DNA from: an uncultured Chromatiales bacterium
GTDB lineage: Bacteria > Pseudomonadota > Gammaproteobacteria > RBG-16-57-12
NCBI GenBank assembly: GCA_964557295.1
Contig: CAZKZP010000004.1
Location: 68,667 to 132,666 of the forward strand
Direction: 5' to 3'
DNA: 64,000 bases
The first letter of the stretch is position 1, and each line of letters begins with the position of its first letter. The position numbers were made by a program, and so were the translations under genes. Positions 17,588 through 27,381 of the stretch are shown here, piece after piece. The notes beneath the pieces were generated by a model, which saw nothing but the letters and a program-made list of their open reading frames with translations, did no database searches and was not told the origin of the DNA.

Positions 17588-19516
17588 CTACAGCCCACGC
17601 AAGTCGCTAAGCTGATAATTATTCCCGTCCATCACCCTGTCTTCGATATACATGCGGTACCAGACCTCGAGCGCGATGATACTCCAGAGCTGCAAAGAGT
17701 AATCTCGCGCGCCGCTCATGTGTTCCGCAATCAGTTTTTGCACAGCTCCGCCGTCGAGCAATCCCGTTCGATTCACTTGCTCCGGCGACAGGAAGGCGCT
17801 GATAAATTCTTTCAGCTCCCCCTTGAACCATTGGCCGATTGGAGAATCGAAACCGACTTTCTTCCGCTCGACAATCTGCTCTGGCAAGTACTTCTTGGCG
17901 ACTTCCTTCAAGATGTGTTTGGTTCGCGTGCCTTTGAGCCGGTATTGATTTGGCAGCTTGGCGGCATACTCGACCAGCTTGTAATCACACAGAGGTGAAC
18001 GCACCTCAAGGCTGTTGGCCATGCTCATGCGATCCATGTAGGTCAGCTGATATTCGGGGAGGTAGCCCTCCACCTCAAGTGATGTGGCCCGCTGGAAGAT
18101 AGTCATTTCTGATGATCCGCCCATCAAGTGATCTCGCAAAAAACTATCGCCGGCAGGATTGTCCGCCAAGCGCCGGCAGTTTTCAGAGATCAGTGCACTG
18201 CGTACATCCGGATTCAGCAAGCTCACCCAGGATAGATAAGCCTGGTCTGGCGGCAGATCCGCACCGGTCACAAATCGCTTGACCCGCTTGGCGAAACGGC
18301 TTCCGGTCGTGGACTCTGGCCATTTCATCGCGATGCGCTCGACGATCTGGGCTCGGACGAATTTCGGCAGGCGCTGATAGTATTCGAGATAACGCAAGCC
18401 TTGATGCTTGGGATAACCGTAAAACAGCTCATCGCCACCTGTGCCGCCGAGCGCGACCTTGAGCCGCTTGCGCACGAATTCGCACAACAGATACACCAAA
18501 ACTGATGTCGGCTCGCCGTGCGGTTCATCATAGTGCCAGATGATTCGCGGCAACAATTCCATGCTGGAGTGCGCTTCGAGAATCAACTCATGGTGCTGTG
18601 TGCCCAGGTGGTCGGCGACGCGTTGGGCATGACTCAGCTCATTGAATCCGGCGGCCTCACCACGATAGCCAACGGAAAATGTCTGCACTTGCGCTTCGTG
18701 CTTTTTCATCAGCGCGCAGATCAGTGAGGAATCGATACCGCCGCTGAGAAAGGCCCCCACCTCCACATCACTCTTGAGGCACAGCCGGATGGCTTCATCG
18801 AGCTCATGCTCCAGGCCGGCAAGCGCGTCACGATAGGAAATGTCGAGCGTTTTTGAAAAATCATTGTACCAATAGCGCTTCAGTGCACAACCGGTTTGTT
18901 CGCGCCAGATCAGCATCTCGCCGGGCTGCAGGCGTGATATTTCTTTATAGAATGTCTTGGGTCCCGCCACATATCCGGCAGCGAGAAAATCACAGACGGA
19001 TTGCGCCTCGACCGTACGGCTGGACAATGCCTGGAGAATGGTCTTCATTTCCGACCCGAAAAATACCCGGCCCTCTTGCTGAGCGTAATAAAGAGGCTTT
19101 TCACCGATGCGGTCACGCGCCAGGATCAGCTGGCGCTGTTTGGCATCCCAGAGCGCAATACCGAACATGCCGCGCAGATGATGCACGAAGTCCAGACCGT
19201 AATCCTCATACAGATGGACAATGGTTTCGGTATCGGAGTGCGTCTTCAAGGTGTGGCCACGCTGGATAAGCTGCGCCCTCAATTCCTCGAAGTTGTAAAT
19301 CTCGCCATTGAAGACCACCCAGACATCCTGGGTTTCATTCGTGATGGGCTGATTGCCGGATTTCAGATCGATGATGGCCAGCCGGCGCATCGCCAGCCCG
19401 ACGCCTGGTGCCGTGTAATAGCCGGCATCATCGGGCCCGCGATGCGTCATGCTGTTGCACATCGCGCGCAGCAGATTGCCGTCATCCAAGCCTACATATC
19501 CAGTGATGCCGCACAT
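17588..19516 (-). CDS. asnB: asparagine synthase (glutamine-hydrolysing) family amidotransferase, exosortase-locus type
   Basis: 642 aa. An N-terminal MCGITG class-II glutamine amidotransferase nucleophile is followed by the PP-loop SGGIDSS. It sits within the EPS operon. Confidence 0.9.
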   Translation of the reverse strand: MCGITGYVGLDDGNLLRAMCNSMTHRGPDDAGYYTAPGVGLAMRRLAIIDLKSGNQPITNETQDVWVVFNGEIYNFEELRAQLIQRGHTLKTHSDTETIVHLYEDYGLDFVHHLRGMFGIALWDAKQRQLILARDRIGEKPLYYAQQEGRVFFGSEMKTILQALSSRTVEAQSVCDFLAAGYVAGPKTFYKEISRLQPGEMLIWREQTGCALKRYWYNDFSKTLDISYRDALAGLEHELDEAIRLCLKSDVEVGAFLSGGIDSSLICALMKKHEAQVQTFSVGYRGEAAGFNELSHAQRVADHLGTQHHELILEAHSSMELLPRIIWHYDEPHGEPTSVLVYLLCEFVRKRLKVALGGTGGDELFYGYPKHQGLRYLEYYQRLPKFVRAQIVERIAMKWPESTTGSRFAKRVKRFVTGADLPPDQAYLSWVSLLNPDVRSALISENCRRLADNPAGDSFLRDHLMGGSSEMTIFQRATSLEVEGYLPEYQLTYMDRMSMANSLEVRSPLCDYKLVEYAAKLPNQYRLKGTRTKHILKEVAKKYLPEQIVERKKVGFDSPIGQWFKGELKEFISAFLSPEQVNRTGLLDGGAVQKLIAEHMSGARDYSLQLWSIIALEVWYRMYIEDRVMDGNNYQLSDLRGL

Positions 19517-19582
19517 TCTAGTCTTTCACTCCAAATCAGTTCATCAATATTCAACTGCCGCAAGAAACAGGGCCGCCGACAC

Positions 19583-20827
19583 TCACCCGAGCCGATATTG
19601 ACCAATCACCGCATTTAACTCATCATGCCAGCGGGCGGCAATCGCCTCGGTACTGCTATATCCGAGCGCATCGCGGCTCGCGGACAGTGAACAGGATTGC
19701 CAGTGGCTTTCGTCATTCAAGAGACATAGAATCTTGTCCCTGAATTGGCCGATTGCGTCACCGGGCAATATATATCCGTTGTGATCGTTCCGAATGATAT
19801 CACCCAGATCGCCCACCTCTGCGACGACCGGCACCGTCCCCATGGCCATCGCCTCCAACATGGCAATGGACATCCCCTCCCAGCGCGATGTCAGCACAAA
19901 GACCTTGGCGCGCGACACAAGCTCTGGCACATCGCTGCGTTGCCCCATGAACTGCAGGTGGTGGCTGATACCTAATGCCTGCGCCTGCGCCTTGAGGTCT
20001 CCTGCATCGGGGCCGTCACCTATCAGCACTGCCTTCAGGCCAGGCACCTCTTTGGCCACCTCGGCGACTACCCTGACGAATCGATCAGGGCGCTTGTATT
20101 CCGTCAGCCGACCGACGAACACCAGATCATCCGCGCGCTGACTGAGCGGCAATGGCGCAGCGGGCGCCTCGATACTGCCGGTGATGATGCACAGTCTGCG
20201 GCGGTAACCAAGCTGTCTGATGTAATCCGCGGCCTTGTTCCCGCGCACCACCACCAAGTCAAAGGCGCGCACGACTGCGAACGCAAAGCGCTCCACCAAA
20301 CGGCTTGGTCGGCCCAGCGCAACCAGTACTCGATTCTCTGCGTGCCATCCTCCCCCCTCAAGCTCCAGCGGGCCGGATGTCACTTGATAACAGGCAGGCC
20401 GTCGAAACAGCCGCGCCGCCACCAATGCAGAGACGGCTGCGGGAAAAATATGATATCCCATATAGAGATCCGGTCGATAACGCCAGCCGCAACGGACCGC
20501 CCAGATAAATTTGGCCAGAGCGCGACTGAACAATTTAGATAACAGTGGCGGCGGACACTCATAACGCAGTCTGTCGAGCATTTCCACCGGCTCGTCGCAG
20601 ACAAGGATCACCTCATTGACGCCGCTTTGCGTCAACGGACGAATGTGCGCATGAAACCAATTGGGATTGTGGAAGGTGCCGATCACCAGGATTCGCCCAG
20701 TACTTGTCAGGGGGTGTTTGCTTCGGCCGGCAAGCAGTTTCGCGACAGCCCAGCTCAACCCGTATATCGTTGACAAAATCACGGTTGCCGCCAATCGAAG
20801 CAGGCTGGATTTGATCTTGTTTTTCAT
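19583..20827 (-). CDS. glycosyltransferase family 4 with N-terminal membrane anchor
   Basis: 414 aa with an N-terminal hydrophobic segment and the GT4 signature EGMSIAMLEAMAMGTVPVVAEVG. Confidence 0.8.
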   Translation of the reverse strand: MKNKIKSSLLRLAATVILSTIYGLSWAVAKLLAGRSKHPLTSTGRILVIGTFHNPNWFHAHIRPLTQSGVNEVILVCDEPVEMLDRLRYECPPPLLSKLFSRALAKFIWAVRCGWRYRPDLYMGYHIFPAAVSALVAARLFRRPACYQVTSGPLELEGGGWHAENRVLVALGRPSRLVERFAFAVVRAFDLVVVRGNKAADYIRQLGYRRRLCIITGSIEAPAAPLPLSQRADDLVFVGRLTEYKRPDRFVRVVAEVAKEVPGLKAVLIGDGPDAGDLKAQAQALGISHHLQFMGQRSDVPELVSRAKVFVLTSRWEGMSIAMLEAMAMGTVPVVAEVGDLGDIIRNDHNGYILPGDAIGQFRDKILCLLNDESHWQSCSLSASRDALGYSSTEAIAARWHDELNAVIGQYRLG

Positions 20828-20925
20828 TGTATGTTCATCGTATGCAATTGCAACTTCATCGGCGACGACATGTCGGTCGTGTTTTTTTATTAACCCGGCG
20901 ATTAAATATATCTGCCACGTATCTT

Positions 20926-21062
20926 AAAAGCGTCCCTTCTCCCTCCGGGAGAAGGATAGGATGAGGGAGTAAATTAATGTGTTAATCCCCCTCACCCTAG
21001 CCCTCTACCCTAAAGGGCATAAATCCCGGAGGGAGAGGGAACAGTACACCAGATCCATTTTG
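20926..21062. repeat. interspersed repeat family 1 copy (hairpin ccttctccc-tccg-ggagaagg, core ggatgagggagtaaattNatg...ccccctcaccctagccctct, second hairpin)
   Basis: An 85-bp core is shared at about 90% with 26996-27095. A partial third copy (ttctccctgagggagaa) lies at 21090-21140. Confidence 0.6.
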
Positions 21063-21174
21063 TCGCCGGGTTAATAATTTAATCATCGGCGCCAAAATAG
21101 GTCTGCTTTTATTCCTTCTCCCTGAGGGAGAATGAACGTCTTGAATATGCGACAGAGGTGTTACTAACTTGGCG

Positions 21175-21262
21175 GCTAAAGATACCTGCTGCTGTAGGAG
21201 CAAGCTTCAGCTTGCGATCAGCCACCGCTGCGATGATCGCCATCTAAAGATGGCTCCTACAT
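21175..21262. repeat. REP-like repeat family 2 copy B (ctgtaggagcaagcttcagcttgcgatc...gatcgccatctaaagatggctcctac)
   Basis: The motif gccatctaaagatggctcctac is shared with 46298-46340. Motifs are also shared with 540-625 and 46800-46895. Confidence 0.6.
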
Positions 21263-21297
21263 CAGATGTAATTGATCGCCGAGTTAATACTAACCAA

Positions 21298-22878
21298 TCA
21301 ATCATTCTCGGCAATTCCAAGGCCGAGCCGCTTCGCGAGCGATGTGTTGCGCAAATCATAACGCACTTGTGCGGGCACAAGATATCGCCAATACAAAACC
21401 GCCAATACAAAACCGCCAACCACGCATCCCAGCGCCAGCCCCGCGAGGAGATTGTCCGCGAACAGTACACGGCACCCGGCCAACACCATCAAGAATATCC
21501 CATTGAGCGCCAACGGCCGCAAGAATACCTGACGCACATATGTCCATAATGGAATATCGAGCTTGCGGCAAGCATAGACCGGCAGCAAAATCCCGTTGCT
21601 CAGCGTGAGCGGTATGGTGACCAATAACGCCGCGCTGATTAGGCTCCACCCCAATTGTTCAATCAGCAGCGCCGCGGAGGCAAAGGTCACTAGACTGAGC
21701 AGCAACGAGATCAGCGCGACTTTGCCGTGATGCCCCATCCCCATCAAGATTTTGTATACGGTGCCCTGTGAAACCGGTAAGAAATAGCCGATGGCCAATA
21801 TCGTCATCAGCAACCAGTCTGCATATTCCTGCCCCATCCATACATCGAGCACCACGTCGCCGAAACACACCAGCAGCAGAACAAATGGCAGCGTAAAGGC
21901 AACGCCGTATCGCGCGCTCTTGATCATGAACTCGCGCACTTCACCCGGCACACCGTTTTGATGCAATACGCCAGCGGTTGGTGTCAGAATCATCGAGAAC
22001 CTGCTGAGAAAACCCTCCATGTGGCGAACAAGGGCGATCGGCCGTGAAAACACCGCCAGCGCCGCCGGCCCGAGCTTGGCCACCAGCAATATATTGGTTG
22101 TTTGCACCAGCATCAGGGCGGGCAGTGAAAAAATCATGGCCTTGCCGCCAAATTGAAATGCCTCGACCCCATGCGAGCGACTGACATGCCGGTAGCTCAC
22201 CGTAAGCTCCGGGCATATCCTCCGGACGACAAAAACGCGCGCCACCTCGGTGATGATGGTCACTGACAAATACGCCACCCCTAAGCTGATCAACCCGCCG
22301 CCAAAGGTCAAGGCCGCTATCATGGCGATAACGGCCACAAACCGTCCCGCCGCATTCAGCCCACTATTCAAGTCCCAGCGATGACAGCCAGTGAGCACGC
22401 CGCGGGCCCAATTGAACGCCATTTCAGCCGCCAATGCGGCCCCCAACAGCGATACCACCCAGCCAGCAGTGTTTAACTGGTCTCCCAGCTGTTCTGAGAA
22501 AAACTTTGGGAGTGACCATACGACACCGGCGGTAGCCAGCAGCACAATGAGTGCGATGAAGATCTGTATGAAGACTGTCGAGGATACGATCTTGGACAGC
22601 TCTTCGATTTGGTTGGAAGCGCGATACACCGCCACATACCGGTTGATCGCCGTGCCGATACCCAGGTTGGACAGGCTGATATAGTTGATGAATGACCAGG
22701 AAAAATCCCAGATCCCCAGCGACACCTGTCCCACGTGCTCATCGATCATCCTTGGAATGATGAAGCCCGCGACAAAGAATACCAGGTAACTGCCCCAGCT
22801 CGTGATGACATTCCAGGCGAATCTATCGCGCCCGGTCATGTCCTCCGCTTGTGGCTGTGGCGTGCTTTTATCTGTCAT
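21298..22878 (-). CDS. polysaccharide biosynthesis protein / Wzx-type oligosaccharide flippase (MOP superfamily)
   Basis: 526 aa with about 12-14 TM segments, a hydrophilic N-terminal tail and the expected position in the EPS operon. The C-terminal few codons may run into REP copy B. Confidence 0.7.
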   Translation of the reverse strand: MTDKSTPQPQAEDMTGRDRFAWNVITSWGSYLVFFVAGFIIPRMIDEHVGQVSLGIWDFSWSFINYISLSNLGIGTAINRYVAVYRASNQIEELSKIVSSTVFIQIFIALIVLLATAGVVWSLPKFFSEQLGDQLNTAGWVVSLLGAALAAEMAFNWARGVLTGCHRWDLNSGLNAAGRFVAVIAMIAALTFGGGLISLGVAYLSVTIITEVARVFVVRRICPELTVSYRHVSRSHGVEAFQFGGKAMIFSLPALMLVQTTNILLVAKLGPAALAVFSRPIALVRHMEGFLSRFSMILTPTAGVLHQNGVPGEVREFMIKSARYGVAFTLPFVLLLVCFGDVVLDVWMGQEYADWLLMTILAIGYFLPVSQGTVYKILMGMGHHGKVALISLLLSLVTFASAALLIEQLGWSLISAALLVTIPLTLSNGILLPVYACRKLDIPLWTYVRQVFLRPLALNGIFLMVLAGCRVLFADNLLAGLALGCVVGGFVLAVLYWRYLVPAQVRYDLRNTSLAKRLGLGIAEND

Positions 22879-22905
22879 AACGATCGTTCGGACGCTCTCG
22901 ATAAT

Positions 22906-23868
22906 TCATACGTAACCGAAGTTGCGATTGGTTGCACCCGCCTTGGACTCGAACCGAGCAAGATCCGCCGAACTCAACTCCGACTTCCAGCGCTCATCCA
23001 ATCGGATCTGCTCGATTGCCTTTAAGCGCATGTTATTGCCGAGGATGTGATGCTCGACACGATTGAAGTCCGGCGCCGCCTCATTCGGCTCCAACCCGAT
23101 GAAACGATAGATCCGATCCAACACCTGAGCATGATCGCGGCAGAGATCCTCGTAGCGCACGACCAAGTGTTCCTGCGATGTCAGCATTTCGGACATAGAC
23201 TTCATCTCGCTAATCGTGTGCAGCCATTCCTTGAGCGCCCCGTTCATCGTGTGCTGCTCATGCCTCATGTAGGAGCAGGTCACCCCGCGACCGTCACGCA
23301 CCAGTGAAATCACGCGCACCTTTCGCCAGGGCGCCATCATTAAATGCTTGAGTCGCACCGGATCTTTCGATCCGTCCAGAAAGACCTGCCCACCCTTGAT
23401 TCGAGTGATAATCTCAATAAGTGTCAGGTTCTGCAGCAGTATCTGTGAGCGCTTGTCGCGGCAATGCCCGGACCGGCGAAACAAAAATTCACGCCCTGTC
23501 TCAAAACTTCGGCCACGCACCGCAGCATGCAGCAATCGATCGCAAAAATAGTCGTTGTCACGGAAATGCGTGCCGTAATGTTCCAGTGAAAACGGTAAGC
23601 CTTGCTTCGTCATCGCCTCGTCGACCTGCCGCCAGAATCCACAGGTTTTGATCGGGGCGCCGCAGGAGCACTGATAGCGTTCGATGTCCCCCATCGCGGT
23701 CGCCTTCAGTTCACCGATCGTGGATATTTCAGGGTGCGCCGCCATCATCATGGTCAAGAGCGTCGAACCGGAATAACTCGGTGACATGATATATACCAGA
23801 TCACCCAGCGGCCGTTCGTGCGCCACCGTATTAGTTTGCCCCATCCTAAAATCACCTAGCATTGTCAC
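22906..23868 (-). CDS. sulfotransferase family protein
   Basis: 320 aa with an N-terminal PAPS-binding-like P-loop (YIMSPSYSGSTLLTMMMAAHPE) and the fold typical of Stf0/Sulfotransfer_3-type carbohydrate sulfotransferases. Confidence 0.7.
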   Translation of the reverse strand: MTMLGDFRMGQTNTVAHERPLGDLVYIMSPSYSGSTLLTMMMAAHPEISTIGELKATAMGDIERYQCSCGAPIKTCGFWRQVDEAMTKQGLPFSLEHYGTHFRDNDYFCDRLLHAAVRGRSFETGREFLFRRSGHCRDKRSQILLQNLTLIEIITRIKGGQVFLDGSKDPVRLKHLMMAPWRKVRVISLVRDGRGVTCSYMRHEQHTMNGALKEWLHTISEMKSMSEMLTSQEHLVVRYEDLCRDHAQVLDRIYRFIGLEPNEAAPDFNRVEHHILGNNMRLKAIEQIRLDERWKSELSSADLARFESKAGATNRNFGYV

Positions 23869-23894
23869 CGTTGCTCACCCAATGTCCGCAGGGA

Positions 23895-24680
23895 TCAGGC
23901 CTTGGCCCGTCGATCAGCCAGCCGGCCCAGCCAGGCCTTGAATGTCATCCAAAAAAACAGAGTGTTCGTCACGAAATAACGCCGCCACAATCTGCGCGGC
24001 TCCTGCTTGACGCGATACAGCCACTCCAGGCCCAAGCGTTGCCATGCCGGTGGCGCGCGCATGACCTTACCGGCCATCACATCGAAGGAGCCGCCGACGC
24101 CATGACAGACCGGCACGCCCATGACCTGAGTCCAACGCGCGAGGAAATTCTCCTTCTTAGGCGAAGTCATCGCCACCAATAAGATATCTGCGCGCGAGGC
24201 CGCGATCTCAGCGGCAATCCGCGCCTCCTCATCCTTCGAAAAATATCCGTTGTGCCGCCCGGCCAGCACGACGCCGGGGTAATCCGCAGCTATGCGCTCA
24301 GCGACTTTCGCGGAAATCTCTTCAGTCGCACCCAGACAATACACACGGTACCCATGTTTTTGACCGCGCTCGAACATGCCGTACATCAAATCGATGCCGG
24401 CGATTCGCTCCGGCAAGGGCGCGCCCAAGATCCGACTTGCCCAGACGACGGCCTGGCCGTCAGCAAGAATGAGATCCGAACTCAGCACATCCTCACCGAG
24501 CGCGGGATCACGATGCATGTTGACGACCTTGGCGGCATTCACTACGCCGATCTGCAACTTTGAGCGCTGGTTGATCGCTGCATGCACGAGATCGAGCACC
24601 TGCGCCATGCTCATCGGATGGACGGGCACGCCCAAGATCTTAACCGGCGCCACACCATTAATCACATATGACTTTTCCAC
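23895..24680 (-). CDS. WecB/TagA/CpsF family glycosyltransferase (GT26)
   Basis: 261 aa. The N-terminal KILGVPVHPMSMAQVLDLV and a central NAAKVV...DGQAVVWASRILG match the WecG/TagA family. Confidence 0.85.
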   Translation of the reverse strand: MEKSYVINGVAPVKILGVPVHPMSMAQVLDLVHAAINQRSKLQIGVVNAAKVVNMHRDPALGEDVLSSDLILADGQAVVWASRILGAPLPERIAGIDLMYGMFERGQKHGYRVYCLGATEEISAKVAERIAADYPGVVLAGRHNGYFSKDEEARIAAEIAASRADILLVAMTSPKKENFLARWTQVMGVPVCHGVGGSFDVMAGKVMRAPPAWQRLGLEWLYRVKQEPRRLWRRYFVTNTLFFWMTFKAWLGRLADRRAKA

Positions 24681-24766
24681 CCGTTCACCTCATCACAAAC
24701 CTTAATATCTAAAGACACACACGACCGTGACACACCGTGCAAAATCATAAAAACCGCATGGTCCGT

Positions 24767-25729
24767 CTACCCCGGGTTTCTCCGCCCCAGAGAATATTGA
24801 AAATCTAACAGCCCAGACAAAGATTTCCTCATCACATCGAAATTATGATGCACATGCACACGTCGGATTTCATAGCGATCCAAGCAACTCAAGAGATTGG
24901 TACCCCCGACCGAGGTGAACGCCAAATCAAAACCTGCGTCTTTGATGACCCTGCGGGTTCTGTCGTTGAAATCCCCTGGCAGCCCGTTCGGATAACAAAA
25001 GCTACTGATGCGGACTCCCAGAAATGCCTCCAACTCCTCCTTAGCACCCTGAATTTCTTCTACCAACTGCTCATCACGCAATAGGGAAACAATAGGATGA
25101 GAGCATGTATGACCCACGACCTCGAACAGTCCCGTTGCCAGCATCTCTTGCACGTCGAGCTTGCTGACGGCCCGGTATTGTTCGATCGGAATCTCCGGCA
25201 GCTCCAGAGCGAAATCATCAAACATGCGTTGGATGACCGCGTCTCGATCCGCAGGCAGTTTCGTTTTAAGGAAACCTTTGAATGCCTTTTCCGACGTCCT
25301 GACGCCGACGGTTAAACGGTGACCCTGCACATCATAGACCAAGCCAGGCGCTAATTGGCCTATGACCCAATGCAGCTTGTCAAACCAGAGCCATTGATTG
25401 CGGATAAAAAAGTCGGTAGGTATCGCCGATGCAATCGGCACATTGAGTGACTTGGCCACGGGAAAAATAGCCTCGCACAGATCGCGGTGACCATCATCCA
25501 CAACCACCATCGCCAACCGCTTGGAGCGTGATGATTCCAGCTGGCTTGGTAGAATGACATCGTAATGCGCGGCAAGATATTGCAGATACTCCCTGACATG
25601 AGCGCTCGTTATCAGCGAGCCCCCGTCGACACGATGCAATGTCATTACCGTCAACCGGCGTCTTCGATCCAATTTCATATAGCATTCCGACAACAAGGCC
25701 AGGACACCGCTCTTCAACCTTCCTACCAT
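24767..25729 (-). CDS. polysaccharide deacetylase (CE4/NodB-fold)
   Basis: 320 aa with NodB motifs VVVDDGHRD and VGHTCSHP. Confidence 0.75.
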   Translation of the reverse strand: MVGRLKSGVLALLSECYMKLDRRRRLTVMTLHRVDGGSLITSAHVREYLQYLAAHYDVILPSQLESSRSKRLAMVVVDDGHRDLCEAIFPVAKSLNVPIASAIPTDFFIRNQWLWFDKLHWVIGQLAPGLVYDVQGHRLTVGVRTSEKAFKGFLKTKLPADRDAVIQRMFDDFALELPEIPIEQYRAVSKLDVQEMLATGLFEVVGHTCSHPIVSLLRDEQLVEEIQGAKEELEAFLGVRISSFCYPNGLPGDFNDRTRRVIKDAGFDLAFTSVGGTNLLSCLDRYEIRRVHVHHNFDVMRKSLSGLLDFQYSLGRRNPG

Positions 25730-25784
25730 TCCCCCCTCTCCCCCTCTAACTGCCTTCCCACGTCATGCCCGCTCAACCGCGGGC

Positions 25785-26939
25785 CTAAGCACAAAAATGT
25801 TCCTTGATCGACGCCACCACGCGCACGGCTGTCTTACCATCCCACAGATCGGGAACTTGATGCTTCATGGCCTTCGGGCCGAAGATGGCGTCGATGCGGG
25901 CCTTGATGTTGTCGAGGCTGCACAATTGATTGGTGCCTTGCGATACCGTGATCGGCCGTTCGGTGTTGGCGCGCATGGTGAAGCACGGCACGCCGAGATA
26001 TGTGGTTTCTTCTTGCACGCCGCCGGAATCGGTGAGGACAAAGCGGCAGTTGAACACCAGGTTCATGAAGCGCACGTAATTCACTGGTTCCAGCAAATGG
26101 ATGGCGCGATTTTCGCGCAGCGTGTCGTATAGGCCCAACTGTTCGAGATTCTTGCGCGTGCGGGGGTGCACTGGAAACACAATGGCCGTTTTGCGGGAGA
26201 GGTCGTGCAGCAGTGCGCACAGCGCGCGGAGATTGTCGAGATGGTCGACATTGCTGGGGCGATGCAGCGTGACAACGCCATAGCCGCCCTTGCTCAATCC
26301 CAACTCGGTGAAATAGGCCTCGGCCTCGATCTGTTTGCGCATCATCTCCAGCGAATCGATCATGATATTGCCGACGCGCACGATCTTGTCCTCCGCCACG
26401 CCTTCGCGCCGCAGGTTCTCGTCGGCGTCGGGCGACGGCGTCCACAGCAGATCCGCCAGGACATCCGTCGCCAGGCGGTTGACTTCCTCCGGCATGGTGC
26501 GATCGAAGGAGCGCAGTCCGGCCTCCAAATGCGCGATCACCGGCCTCTGCAAGGGCAGACGCGGACGGCCGGGTTCGGCCAACCGCTTGGCATCATAGAT
26601 CATCTTGGCCGCCGCCAGCGTGCAGGCGATGGTCGAGTTCACATCACCGACCACGACCACCATGTCGGGTTGTGATTCACGCAACACCTTTTCATACGCG
26701 ACCATCACCGCGGCGGTTTGTTCGGCGTGCGAGCCGCTGCCCACTCCGAGATGGATGTGCGGCTTGGGCAGACCCAAATCCTGAAAAAACGCATCCGACA
26801 TATTGGCGTCATAATGCTGGCCGGTGTGCACCAATTCCGTTTGCGCCCAAGGCGCTTCGATCAGCGCGTGATACAGGGGCGCGATCTTCATGAAATTCGG
26901 TCTTGCCGCTGCGATAAGATGGATTTTTGCCTTCACCAT
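25785..26939 (-). CDS. wecB: UDP-N-acetylglucosamine 2-epimerase (non-hydrolysing)
   Basis: 384 aa with the WecB/MnaA N-terminal KIHLIAAARPNFMKIAPLYHAL and conserved HTGQHYD. Confidence 0.9.
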   Translation of the reverse strand: MVKAKIHLIAAARPNFMKIAPLYHALIEAPWAQTELVHTGQHYDANMSDAFFQDLGLPKPHIHLGVGSGSHAEQTAAVMVAYEKVLRESQPDMVVVVGDVNSTIACTLAAAKMIYDAKRLAEPGRPRLPLQRPVIAHLEAGLRSFDRTMPEEVNRLATDVLADLLWTPSPDADENLRREGVAEDKIVRVGNIMIDSLEMMRKQIEAEAYFTELGLSKGGYGVVTLHRPSNVDHLDNLRALCALLHDLSRKTAIVFPVHPRTRKNLEQLGLYDTLRENRAIHLLEPVNYVRFMNLVFNCRFVLTDSGGVQEETTYLGVPCFTMRANTERPITVSQGTNQLCSLDNIKARIDAIFGPKAMKHQVPDLWDGKTAVRVVASIKEHFCA

Positions 26940-26995
26940 TCACCTCTTTGCAATTACATTCATCTCGTGAGAACAGCCGTCACGATACCCTGGGC

Positions 26996-27095
26996 GCCAA
27001 AAAAACGGATATCGCCTTCCCCATGCAGGAGAAGGTTGGGATGAGGGAGTAAATTCATGCCCCCTCACCCTAGCCCTCTCCCGATGGGAGAGGGC
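26996..27095. repeat. interspersed repeat family 1 copy
   Basis: The sequence ggagaaggttgggatgagggagtaaattcatgccccctcaccctagccctctcccgatgggagaggg matches the copy at 20926-21062. Confidence 0.6.
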
Positions 27096-27366
27096 ATTAC
27101 TAAGACGATCGGTAGTAAAGCCTCATTCAGAGCCACCCCAATGTTGCGGAACAAGGCGCAGTGCGCAGGCAATGGCAAGCCCTTGTCAAGCACTGCAACG
27201 CTGGGCTGCAACATTGGGGTGGCTCCCTTCGGGCGGACGGCTAGACGGCCATCCGCCGCGTTGCGACGGTTTGACATAGATTGACTATGCCGGCACCGCC
27301 GCGCCTTGCGGGCTGACCGTCTAGCCGCCCGCTGAATGCGGCTTTACTACCGATCGTCTTAGTATT
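27096..27366. mobile_element. MITE-like element of about 270 bp with terminal inverted repeats (25 bp perfect, about 35 bp imperfect) and two internal long hairpins
   Basis: Outer inverted repeat (IR): tactaagacgatcggtagtaaagcc (27096-27120) against ggctttactaccgatcgtcttagta (27337-27361). Inner IR-B: gagccaccccaatgttgc (27130-27147) against gcaacattggggtggctc (27206-27223), with nested palindromes in between. Inner IR-C: cgggcggacggctagacgg (27229-27247) against ccgtctagccgcccg (27301-27319). It is non-coding and lies between the wecB start and the sugar-transferase stop. Confidence 0.55.
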
Positions 27367-27381
27367 GCCGGGCACGGTAGC

